Positions 18,916-26,890 of a DNA stretch of 64,000 bases are shown here, one piece after another. A program made the translations under genes and the position numbers. The notes under the pieces were generated by a model. The model saw only the letters and a list, made by a program, of their open reading frames with translations, made no database searches and had not been told where the DNA came from. Within the stretch, counting starts at the first letter, position 1; every line of letters begins with the position of its first letter. This DNA comes from Bacillota bacterium. GTDB taxonomy: Bacteria > Bacillota > Clostridia > Saccharofermentanales > DTU023. Location of the stretch: NCBI GenBank assembly GCA_023426575.1, contig JAFAAL010000012.1:68270-132269 (forward strand), given 5' to 3'.

Positions 18916-21234
18916 CTAGAATTCTCTAATTGTCTTTTCGCTGTCATCAACGATTGGCTTCGGCTCGTAGTCATCCTTCTGATAGGATCGCGGCGCACTG
19001 TCTCTCTCTCGGCTGGGACGTTCACGATCACGATCCCCTCTGTAGTTATTGCGGCGCTCGCCACCACGGCCCCCACGACGGTCACGAGAATCAGCTCGAT
19101 CGCGGGATTCTCGACGCAGAGGTTCGACGTAGTCGGCTGGCTTTTCTTGGAGGTCGCGCATCGACAGGTTAATCCGGCCCTGGCTGTCAATCTCTGAGAC
19201 GACGACCTTGACCTCTTGCCCTGGCTCGACGACATCCTCTGGACGCTCGACATGGCCCCAGCTCATCTTGGAGATGTGCACGAGTCCCTCTTTGCCGGGA
19301 GCAAATTCGACGAAAGCACCAAAATTCATCAGTCTGGTCACGATGCCATCAAAAACCTGGCCCACCTCGGGATCAAAGACAATCGTGTTGATCATCTTGA
19401 TTGCCTTTTCAGCGGATTTGGCATTGACTGCGGCAATATAGACACGCCCGATAGGCCCTTCTTCATGGATGTCAATCTCTGCACCGCTCTCCTCGGTAAT
19501 CTGTCTGATAACCTTGCCACCAGAGCCAATGACCTCGCGAATCTTGTCTGCAGGAATTTCGATCTGAGTGATCTTCGGGGCGTAGGGGCTGAGTTCGGCG
19601 CGAGGCGCAGCGATAACAGGATTGATGACCTCGTTGATAATTTGCTCGCGGCCACGCTTTGTCATAGCAAAAGCATCGCGGATAATATCATAAGTCAGTC
19701 CATCGACCTTAATGTCGACTTGGATGCCAGTGATGCCTTCAGTTGTTCCTGCAACTTTAAAGTCCATATCGCCAAAGAAGTCCTCGACACCCTGAATGTC
19801 CATAAAGACCTGATAGTCGTCTGGATTGTCCTTGGCACTGATCAGGCCGCAAGAGATGCCTGCGACGGGTCTCTTGATGGGGACGCCTGCCGCCATGAGT
19901 GCAAGTGTCGACGCGCAGACGGAACCCTGTGAGGTGGAGCCATTGGACATCGTGATCTCCGAGACGCAGCGGATGGCGTAGGGGAAGTCCTCCTCACTCG
20001 GCAGCACTGGGACGAGGGAGCGCTCTGCGAGAGCTCCGTGGCCGATTTCCCGGCGGCCTGGGGAACGCGAGGGACGAGATTCTCCCACGGAATAGGCGGG
20101 GAAATTGTAATGGTGCATGTAACGCTTATTGTCGCGACTGGTATCGAGACCATCGAGACGCTCAGCATCACCTAGAGTCGCTAAGGTAGCTACAGTTATG
20201 ACCTGAGTCTGACCTCTTTGGAAGAAGCCAGAGCCATGGACCCTCGGGATGACGTCAACAGCGGCACTGAGAGCTCTGATCTCGTTCATGCTGCGCCCAT
20301 CGACACGCTTCCCTGCATAGAGGTACTCACGCACCACTTCTTTTTCAAGAGAGGCATAGACCTCCTTGTAGTCAGCTTGTTCATCCTCTGGCAGGGCAAA
20401 GCTCTCGAGCATTTTCTCGCGCAAGCGATCCATGGCCTCTTGGCGCTCAGCCTTGTTCTCATTCAAAATCAGCTCGCGCATTTCAGGGAGGGCATACGCT
20501 CTCACTTTTTCCTGAATCTCATCTGCAATCACTTTTGGCGTGTAGCTGTATTTGGCCTTGCCAACAGCTGCGACGATCTCATCAATAAAAGCACAGAGCT
20601 TTTGAATTTCCTTATGACCAGCGATAATTGCCTCGAGCATCTTGTCATCGGGAATCTCACGACCACCTGCTTCAATCATACAGACCTTATCGGCCGTTCC
20701 TGCCACGATCAAGTCGAGGTCAGAGGCGAGGCGCTGCTCCTGATTCGGATTGACGACGATCTCTCCGTCAACAATGCCTACCTGCACAGAAGCCGTCGGA
20801 CCATTCCAGGGAATGTCGGAGATGGCAACGGCAATTGAAGAGCCGAGCATGGCAGCGATTTCTGGCGGATTGTCCTGGTCGACACTGAAGACGAGGTTAC
20901 TGATTGTGACATCATCTTGGAAGCCCTTGGGAAAGAGAGGGCGCAGAGGTCTGTCGATGGAACGAGCCGTCAAAACAGCATTTTCACTGGGTCTCCCCTC
21001 ACGTTTGAGGAAGCCGCCAGGAATCTTTCCGATTGCATACATGCGCTCTTCGTAGTCGACGGAGAGCGGGAAGAAGTCGATGCCCTCGCGGGGCGCTGCG
21101 GAAACGGCTGTGCTGAGCACTGTTGTGTCACCATAGCGAATAAGTGCGGCTCCATTGGCAAATTCGGCAATCTGGCCACACTCGACGACGAGTTCGCGAC
21201 CATTGAGTTCATAGTTAAATACTTTCTTTTCCAT
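18916..21234 (-). CDS. pnp: Polyribonucleotide nucleotidyltransferase (PNPase) with an extended Arg/Asp/Gly-rich C-terminal tail
   Basis: Two RNase PH domains plus KH and S1 domains. The start is set at ATG 21234 (MEKKVFNYELNGREL); the listed ORF begins at an upstream TTG. Confidence 0.97.
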   Translation of the reverse strand: MEKKVFNYELNGRELVVECGQIAEFANGAALIRYGDTTVLSTAVSAAPREGIDFFPLSVDYEERMYAIGKIPGGFLKREGRPSENAVLTARSIDRPLRPLFPKGFQDDVTISNLVFSVDQDNPPEIAAMLGSSIAVAISDIPWNGPTASVQVGIVDGEIVVNPNQEQRLASDLDLIVAGTADKVCMIEAGGREIPDDKMLEAIIAGHKEIQKLCAFIDEIVAAVGKAKYSYTPKVIADEIQEKVRAYALPEMRELILNENKAERQEAMDRLREKMLESFALPEDEQADYKEVYASLEKEVVREYLYAGKRVDGRSMNEIRALSAAVDVIPRVHGSGFFQRGQTQVITVATLATLGDAERLDGLDTSRDNKRYMHHYNFPAYSVGESRPSRSPGRREIGHGALAERSLVPVLPSEEDFPYAIRCVSEITMSNGSTSQGSVCASTLALMAAGVPIKRPVAGISCGLISAKDNPDDYQVFMDIQGVEDFFGDMDFKVAGTTEGITGIQVDIKVDGLTYDIIRDAFAMTKRGREQIINEVINPVIAAPRAELSPYAPKITQIEIPADKIREVIGSGGKVIRQITEESGAEIDIHEEGPIGRVYIAAVNAKSAEKAIKMINTIVFDPEVGQVFDGIVTRLMNFGAFVEFAPGKEGLVHISKMSWGHVERPEDVVEPGQEVKVVVSEIDSQGRINLSMRDLQEKPADYVEPLRRESRDRADSRDRRGGRGGERRNNYRGDRDRERPSRERDSAPRSYQKDDYEPKPIVDDSEKTIREF

Positions 21235-21255
21235 AATACCTCTCTGATGGATTGA

Positions 21256-21328
21256 GCCGCTTTTGCTGGTAGATTGTAGATTCTGTAACCTCAAGTAAAG
21301 TCACACAATCTACCCCCTACCCAGCGGC
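21256..21328 (-). promoter_or_regulatory. Long imperfect stem-loop in the rpsO-pnp intergenic leader
   Basis: Outer arms GCCGCT/AGCGGC (21323..21328 with 21256..21261) enclose a perfect 10-bp inner stem GGTAGATTGT/ACAATCTACC (21305..21314 with 21268..21277). Confidence 0.4.
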
Positions 21329-21334
21329 TGCAGA

Positions 21335-21363
21335 TTTAAATAAAGGGCGGTGAACCGCCCTTT
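21335..21363 (-). terminator. Terminator/attenuator after rpsO
   Basis: AAAGGGCGG (21342..21350) pairs with CCGCCCTTT (21355..21363) around a 4-nt loop. On the minus strand it is followed by ATTTAAA, a weak T-tract, so read-through into pnp is plausible. Confidence 0.55.
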
Positions 21364-21366
21364 GAC

Positions 21367-21630
21367 TTACTTTCTCAGACCTAAGCGAGCAATCAGTGAG
21401 CGGTAGCGCTCAATGTCCTCTCGAATCAAGTAGTTCAAGAGTCGACGCCGCTTACCAACGAGCATCAAGAGGCCACGACGGCTATGGTGGTCGTGCTTGT
21501 GCTCCTTTAAGTGCTCTGTCAGGTGGGCAATGCGCTCTGTGAGAAGTGCGACCTGCACCTCAGGTGAACCTGTGTCACCCTCTGCGATAGCATACTCACG
21601 AATGATCTGTTCTTTGCGTTCTTTGTCCAT
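21367..21630 (-). CDS. rpsO: 30S ribosomal protein uS15
   Basis: 87 aa with [26 protein letters not shown]; AGGAGG lies upstream. Confidence 0.97.
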   Translation of the reverse strand: MDKERKEQIIREYAIAEGDTGSPEVQVALLTERIAHLTEHLKEHKHDHHSRRGLLMLVGKRRRLLNYLIREDIERYRSLIARLGLRK

Positions 21631-21634
21631 GATT

Positions 21635-21680
21635 CCTCCTAATTTTTCCTCAAGACCAAGTAAGAGGAGGACAATTCCTC
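21635..21680 (-). promoter_or_regulatory. Possible SD-sequestering leader structure of rpsO
   Basis: A minus-strand CCTCCT (21670..21665) can pair with the SD AGGAGG (21640..21635). It can alternatively pair with an upstream GAGGA (hairpin 21667..21680). Confidence 0.3.
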
Positions 21681-21756
21681 AAACTTCGTCTAGGGCAATA
21701 CCTCGCAAGAGTATCAAAAAAGCGAGAATTTGGCAAATCTTTCCAGAGCTTTTGAG

Positions 21757-23175
21757 CTATTTTCCCCTCGAGCTCATTTCTTGCACGACCGCTTGCCAAG
21801 CTTCCCCTCTCTCGCGATAATCGCGGAAGCGGTCAAAGCTCGTTCCTGCAGGGGAGAGTACAATCGGGGCCCGCTCCCCTGCATATTGCAGAGCGCGCTC
21901 GAGGGCCTGCTCATAGTTGTCGACATGGACGATGGGCAAGGGCCTCGCGCCACAGGCACGGATCGCCGATTCTATCAGCGCTGCATTCTCGCCACATAAA
22001 ATGACAGCCTCAGCCAATTCGCAGAGCCTCATGCCCAGATGGCGATAGTCGAGATCTTTGTCCCTCCCTCCCATGACCATGACCGGCCTCAGACCACGAT
22101 CGGCATAAGACTGCAGCGTCACCTCACTGCGATCGGGTGAGCTGTCGATTGAGGAGTCATAGAGATCGACGGAGCCAATTGTGGCAAGCCATTGATTGCG
22201 ATGCGTGACCCCGGCAAAATTCTCAGCAACTTGAGCTAAATCGTGGACGTTGACATAGTCCTGACAGGCGGCATAGGCCATCAGGAGGTTCAAGGCATTG
22301 TGGCGGCCCTGCATCTTAATCTGAGAGCGTTGGATGAGGGGCTTCTTCTCACTGTCTACATCGGCCTGATAGTAGAGCATATCAGCATCGAGACCGTAGA
22401 GAGCTCCTCGCTGATAGAGTCTTTTTTCCACCCAGATGATCTCGCCTTGGCTCTTGTCGGCAAAATCCTTTGCATAGTCTTGGCTACCATTGAGAATCAG
22501 GCGCCCAAAGAGATTTTGATACTTGAACAATTTCTCCTTGGCCTCACGATATTCTTGAAAACCGTGGTGAAAGTCCAAGTGATTCGGCGTCAAATTCGTC
22601 ATAACGGCAATGTCTGGCGACGTCGTCAGAGACATGAGTTGAAATGAAGAGAGCTCGAGGACAACGAGATCATCCTCCTTGATCCGGTCGAGTTCAGCAC
22701 AGAGCGGTTGTCCAATATTGCCGCCCAGATGGACACGATGGCGCTCAGTCTTGAGCAGTTCTGCAATGAGACTTGCTGTCGTCGTCTTGCCATCACTCCC
22801 ACTGACTCCGATGATCTTAGCAGGACAGAGGGCAAAAAAGACAGCCATTTCTGTACTGATGATGGCACCTTCCTCTCGAGCGGTCCTCAGTTCTGCTGTA
22901 TCCAGTCGAAAATGGGGTGTGACAAAGATGATGTCGAAGCCGTGAAGATGCGTCAAATAATCGGCTCCGAGCACAAAGTGGACGTGGTGTCTCGGATCGC
23001 GAAAACTCGATTGTAAAATCTTCATCTCGGGACTCTCTGCAGGCTTACTGTCAAACGCCGTCACATCGAGACCCCAATTCGCGAGCATCTCGAGGAGCGG
23101 ACGATTAGATACGCCTAGACCAATGATGGCAATCTTCTTCTCATTTAAAAAAGCCTTGAGCTTAGCTGTATTCAT
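21757..23175 (-). CDS. murD: UDP-N-acetylmuramoylalanine--D-glutamate ligase
   Basis: 472 aa with N-terminal Rossmann IAIIGLGVSN and the Mur ligase P-loop GVSGSDGKTTT. Confidence 0.92.
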   Translation of the reverse strand: MNTAKLKAFLNEKKIAIIGLGVSNRPLLEMLANWGLDVTAFDSKPAESPEMKILQSSFRDPRHHVHFVLGADYLTHLHGFDIIFVTPHFRLDTAELRTAREEGAIISTEMAVFFALCPAKIIGVSGSDGKTTTASLIAELLKTERHRVHLGGNIGQPLCAELDRIKEDDLVVLELSSFQLMSLTTSPDIAVMTNLTPNHLDFHHGFQEYREAKEKLFKYQNLFGRLILNGSQDYAKDFADKSQGEIIWVEKRLYQRGALYGLDADMLYYQADVDSEKKPLIQRSQIKMQGRHNALNLLMAYAACQDYVNVHDLAQVAENFAGVTHRNQWLATIGSVDLYDSSIDSSPDRSEVTLQSYADRGLRPVMVMGGRDKDLDYRHLGMRLCELAEAVILCGENAALIESAIRACGARPLPIVHVDNYEQALERALQYAGERAPIVLSPAGTSFDRFRDYRERGEAWQAVVQEMSSRGK

Positions 23176-23225
23176 ACTGACCTCCCAGATCTCAGCATAT
23201 TATAAACGATGCCCGCGGGAGATGC

Positions 23226-23254
23226 TTGCATTTCTTTTTAAGCTGGTTTAGAAT
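23226..23254 (+). promoter_or_regulatory. Promoter for tRNA-Leu
   Basis: TTGCAT (23226..23231), a 17-nt spacer, then TAGAAT (23249..23254). The tRNA starts 12 nt downstream. Confidence 0.6.
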
Positions 23255-23266
23255 GGCTTCGCCGAC

Positions 23267-23353
23267 GCGGAAATGGCGGAATTGGCAGACGCGCTAGTTT
23301 CAGGTACTAGTGATAGCAATATCATGCAGGTTCAAGTCCTGTTTTCCGCACCA
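23267..23353 (+). tRNA. trnL: tRNA-Leu (anticodon CAG), class II with long variable arm
   Basis: 87 nt: acceptor GCGGAAA/TTTCCGC, anticodon loop TTCAGGT, variable arm TGATAGCAATATCAT, T-loop TTCAAGT, and an encoded CCA. Confidence 0.92.
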
Positions 23354-23382
23354 ACTGTCCCAGATTTCTGGGACAGTTTTTT
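23353..23382 (+). terminator. Intrinsic terminator after tRNA-Leu
   Basis: CTGTCCCA (23355..23362) pairs with TGGGACAG (23369..23376), followed by TTTTTT (23377..23382). Confidence 0.75.
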
Positions 23383-23395
23383 ATATAATAGCCCC

Positions 23396-26023
23396 ATGCA
23401 ATACCGAGCCAGAAATCCTCAGACAGATCAGCCGCCTAAACTGACTTTCTCCGTGCGCGAGATTGCGGCCTTTATGAGTTCGTCGGGTGATCTGACAAAC
23501 TTCCCGACAGCCGCCGAAGCCGAAGCTGGACGAGAATTTGAGGTGGAGATGATCACAGATCTCCTCATCAAAAATACTGATCTTCAACTTTTAAGTGGCA
23601 GAGCCTCTCAGGAGATATTGGCGCAAGATCAGGGGCTAGCGATTCCCGCTCTACACAGAGAATTATCTTTGGAGGGGACCTTTTGCCAGCAAGATCTCGG
23701 GGAGCAGCTCGAGATACGCGGACGCGCAGATGCGCTCTTGACTAGGCCTGGACAGATTCGCATCATAGAATTTAAGTCCACTCATCTCTTCTCATCTCAG
23801 ATTCCTCGAGATGGCATCCCAGAGCATCGGATGCAGCTCTGGCTCTACGGGCAATTACTGGCTGAGCGCCTGAAGCTTCCCGATGATGCAAATATAGAGC
23901 TCGAGCTCATCTACGGTTCAAGCTACGAGGAAGCTGAGACCCGCTCGATTCTATATCAAATGTCTTCGGGAGAGCTCAGACAGTGGTTCAGAGAGCTCTG
24001 GCAAGACTTTGCCAGGGACTTTAGAATACTTAATCCCTATCGACCAGATCGCTTTCAGACGCTCGTCGACATGCACTTCCCCTATCCTGAAATGCGTCCT
24101 CAGCAGAAAACTTGCATGCGCACGGTCGCACGCTTTCTCCACAATTTTTCAACAGCGAAGTCAGAGCGAGACATTGCCCTCCTCCTCGAGGCCCCGACCG
24201 GGATGGGCAAGACGATCTCGACGCTCTACCCCGCCCTCTCTCTGGTCAAGACGGGAGCCCTCCACGGCATCTTCTATGCCACGGCGATGACGACAACGCG
24301 CCAAGAGGTCATCAAGGCTCTCGATGATCTACGCAAGGGCGGCCTTAGGGGTAAAAACGTCTTTATCCGCTCGCTCTGTCTAGAGAGCAAATATGCTCTC
24401 TGCCTCAATAAAACGATGCATTGCGATCTCAATCGCTGCCCCTACGCCAAACAGTTTTTTGCACGTTTGCGACCTGCTCTCATCGCTCTCGCAGCTGAAG
24501 ACGCTATCGACGGCACAAATCTACGAGCTGTCGGCGAGGCCTATCAAGTCTGCCCCCATGAGCTGGCGATGATTATGGCGCAGTACTGCCATGTCCTCAT
24601 CGGGGACTATAACCATGTCTTCAGCCCCAGCGCAAGGCTCTCTGACTTCTTGAGCGCAGAACGCCGAGTCGCTCTCCTGATCGATGAGGCTCACAATCTG
24701 CCTGAACGGGCACGGGCCATCTATTCAGCGGAACTCAGCTTGAGGGATATCATCTCCTATCAGGCTTATCTCGAGACTGGCTGGCCAGCGCCCGAGCAAA
24801 GAGAAGCATTTGATCTTAGCTTTTTAAAGTCTCTCATGGAAAAACTGGCGCAGATACTTGAAGGGGAGCTCAATCAAGATCGGGCTCGTCAACTGAGCCT
24901 TGACAATCCTTTGACCGACCAGGCGAGCGAGGAACTTTGCTTCGTCAGCCATGATAGTCTCACTTTGAGAACACGGCCTGAAAAACTTGAGATGCTCATT
25001 GAAAAAGCTTTGAGTCGCCTGAAGCTCCTCCTGCAAAATCTTAAAGAGATCACTTATTCTGACGTGCCGATGCAAATATTTTTCAAACTCAAGCAATTAA
25101 AGCGCATCTTGAACGACTACTATAACGATGACTATGTCACCAGTTTTACGAAGGGTTTGAGTGATGAAGCTCACACCTTAAGTCTTAGCTGTCTCGGCAT
25201 CCGTGAACAGCTCGCCGCCTGTTTTGCCGGACAGCATCCCGCCGTCTTTTTCTCTGCGACGCTCTCTCCCATGAGCTTTTATCGTCAGCTGCTATTTAAA
25301 GAGAGTGCCCGGATCCAGCAAGAATTCTTCGATAGTCCCTTCCCTCCCGAACAGAGGCGAATTCTCATCCACAGCGGCATCGACATGCGCTATGCAGCAC
25401 GTGCTGAGAGTCTCAGCGAGGTCATCGATCTCCTTGAGCGCTTGGTCAATCTTCGAAGACAAAATATTCTCGTCTTTTGTCCCTCATGGCAATATCTGGA
25501 AGACTTGAAGAAAGCCATAGAGAAGACGGGGCCTCTTCACTATGATCTGCTCTTCCAAGAGCGCATAGGCGATGAGGAGCATAAAAGGAGCTTTGTCCAG
25601 GCATTTGGCAAACGGCGCACACGATCTCTCCTCGCCTTTGCCGTCCTAGGCTCAGTTTTTAACGAAGGGATAGATCTCCCAGGGCAGGCTCTGGAAACGG
25701 TCGTCATTCTCTCCGTCGCTCACCCTCCCCTCTCTCTCGATAATCAATTGCTAGAGTTTTATTATGATCTGCACTTCTCTGGCGCAGGAAAATACTTTAG
25801 CTATGCCTGTCCAGCCTTCAATAGAATCCAGCAGGCCGTCGGACGCCTGATTCGCCGCGAGGAAGATCGAGGACTCGCCATTCTCGTGGACCAGCGTTGG
25901 CAAGAAGAGGGACAGCGTCAGCTGATTCCCGAAAACTGGCAAGAGAGCTATTGTCAGACAAGCTCAGAGATCATAGACGAAACGCGAGACTTCTTCCAAG
26001 ATCAGGAACTGGGGTTGTCGTAG
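23396..26023 (+). CDS. Fusion protein: N-terminal RecB-family PD-(D/E)xK nuclease domain plus XPD/DinG-type (Rad3-like) Fe-S DNA helicase
   Basis: 875 aa after trimming the part of the ORF that overlies tRNA-Leu. Nuclease motifs are IRGRADALL, RIIEFKS and MQLWLYGQ (QxxxY). Helicase motifs are EAPTGMGKT, a Cys cluster C-x7-C-x6-C-x4-C plus VCPHE, LIDEAHNL and QAVGRLIRREEDRG. Confidence 0.8.
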   Translation: MQYRARNPQTDQPPKLTFSVREIAAFMSSSGDLTNFPTAAEAEAGREFEVEMITDLLIKNTDLQLLSGRASQEILAQDQGLAIPALHRELSLEGTFCQQDLGEQLEIRGRADALLTRPGQIRIIEFKSTHLFSSQIPRDGIPEHRMQLWLYGQLLAERLKLPDDANIELELIYGSSYEEAETRSILYQMSSGELRQWFRELWQDFARDFRILNPYRPDRFQTLVDMHFPYPEMRPQQKTCMRTVARFLHNFSTAKSERDIALLLEAPTGMGKTISTLYPALSLVKTGALHGIFYATAMTTTRQEVIKALDDLRKGGLRGKNVFIRSLCLESKYALCLNKTMHCDLNRCPYAKQFFARLRPALIALAAEDAIDGTNLRAVGEAYQVCPHELAMIMAQYCHVLIGDYNHVFSPSARLSDFLSAERRVALLIDEAHNLPERARAIYSAELSLRDIISYQAYLETGWPAPEQREAFDLSFLKSLMEKLAQILEGELNQDRARQLSLDNPLTDQASEELCFVSHDSLTLRTRPEKLEMLIEKALSRLKLLLQNLKEITYSDVPMQIFFKLKQLKRILNDYYNDDYVTSFTKGLSDEAHTLSLSCLGIREQLAACFAGQHPAVFFSATLSPMSFYRQLLFKESARIQQEFFDSPFPPEQRRILIHSGIDMRYAARAESLSEVIDLLERLVNLRRQNILVFCPSWQYLEDLKKAIEKTGPLHYDLLFQERIGDEEHKRSFVQAFGKRRTRSLLAFAVLGSVFNEGIDLPGQALETVVILSVAHPPLSLDNQLLEFYYDLHFSGAGKYFSYACPAFNRIQQAVGRLIRREEDRGLAILVDQRWQEEGQRQLIPENWQESYCQTSSEIIDETRDFFQDQELGLS

Positions 26024-26880
26024 AGCTTTTTCTCGTAGCGCTTGGCGGTCGGTGTGGCAGCGAGGCCGCCGAGGGCCGTCTCGCGAAGTGTGACAGGCAT
26101 CGCCTGACCCACCTTGCCCATGGCAATGATCACTTCATCGAGAGGAATTTTAGACTCAATACCAGCGAGGGCCAATTCACAGGCCGAGAGGGCATTGATG
26201 GCCCCCATGACATTTCTCTTGATACAGGGAATCTCGACGAGACCTGCAACTGGATCACAGGCGAGACCTAAGACATTTTTCAGAGCAATGGCCGCAGCAT
26301 GGCCAGACATTGCAGGGCTCCCCCCTGCTGCCTCGACGAGGGCAAAGGCTGCCATGGCCGAGGCTGAGCCGACTTCGGCTTGACAGCCGCCTGCAGCACC
26401 CGACAAACTGGCTTGGTTCCCGATGATCTGACCGAGCTTTCCCGCGCTCAAGAGAAAGTGGTGGGCGTCGCGGCGAGACATTTTCAACTTGTCCATCGCT
26501 GCGAGTAAGACGGCTGCACACGTCCCCGCAGAGCCCGCTGTCGGCGTGGCGCAAATGACCCCCATGGCCGCGTTACACTCATTGATGGCAATGGCGGAGG
26601 CCATGGCCGTCAAGGTAAAGTCGGAGAGCAGTCCCCCCTTCTGGCGATAGCGGTCGAGCTTGAGAGCGTCTCCTCCGGAGAGGCCTGAGTGAGAGCTAAT
26701 GCCCGCAAGTCCTCTCTGACACGAGTTTTCCATGACCTCGAGGCGACGTTCTAGGGCCTCATAGATCTCAGCCTCATTCATCTCCTCGAGTTCCAGTTCT
26801 CCTTCGAGGGCGATCTGCCAGAGTGCTTTACCTTCTCTTTCTGCAGCCATAAGCCACTCTTGCCAATTACTGACGTCCAT
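26002..26880 (-). CDS. sdaAA: L-serine dehydratase, alpha subunit
   Basis: Iron-sulfur serine dehydratase alpha chain (CATPTAGSAGT, GGCQAEVGSAS). The start is set at ATG 26880, which has AAGGAGG 5 nt upstream. Confidence 0.92.
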   Translation of the reverse strand: MDVSNWQEWLMAAEREGKALWQIALEGELELEEMNEAEIYEALERRLEVMENSCQRGLAGISSHSGLSGGDALKLDRYRQKGGLLSDFTLTAMASAIAINECNAAMGVICATPTAGSAGTCAAVLLAAMDKLKMSRRDAHHFLLSAGKLGQIIGNQASLSGAAGGCQAEVGSASAMAAFALVEAAGGSPAMSGHAAAIALKNVLGLACDPVAGLVEIPCIKRNVMGAINALSACELALAGIESKIPLDEVIIAMGKVGQAMPVTLRETALGGLAATPTAKRYEKKLYDNPSS

Positions 26881-26890
26881 CTGGGCCTCC

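Noticed and set aside
18762-19253. A 163-aa minus-strand ORF and a 131-aa plus-strand ORF covering tRNA-Pro, the bidirectional terminator and the pnp 3' end.
   Set aside because: They run through a tRNA gene and a terminator hairpin and overlap the pnp tail in another frame, so they are spurious.
23273-23395. The N-terminal 41 codons of the 916-aa ORF (MAELADALVSG...).
   Set aside because: This stretch is the tRNA-Leu gene plus its terminator read in frame. The real CDS most likely starts at ATG 23396.
23176-26023. A genomic islet integrated at tRNA-Leu carrying the nuclease-helicase gene.
   Set aside because: There is no integrase or recombinase, and I saw no direct repeat of the tRNA 3' end downstream. 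The gene's composition looks like its surroundings, and only one gene is involved.
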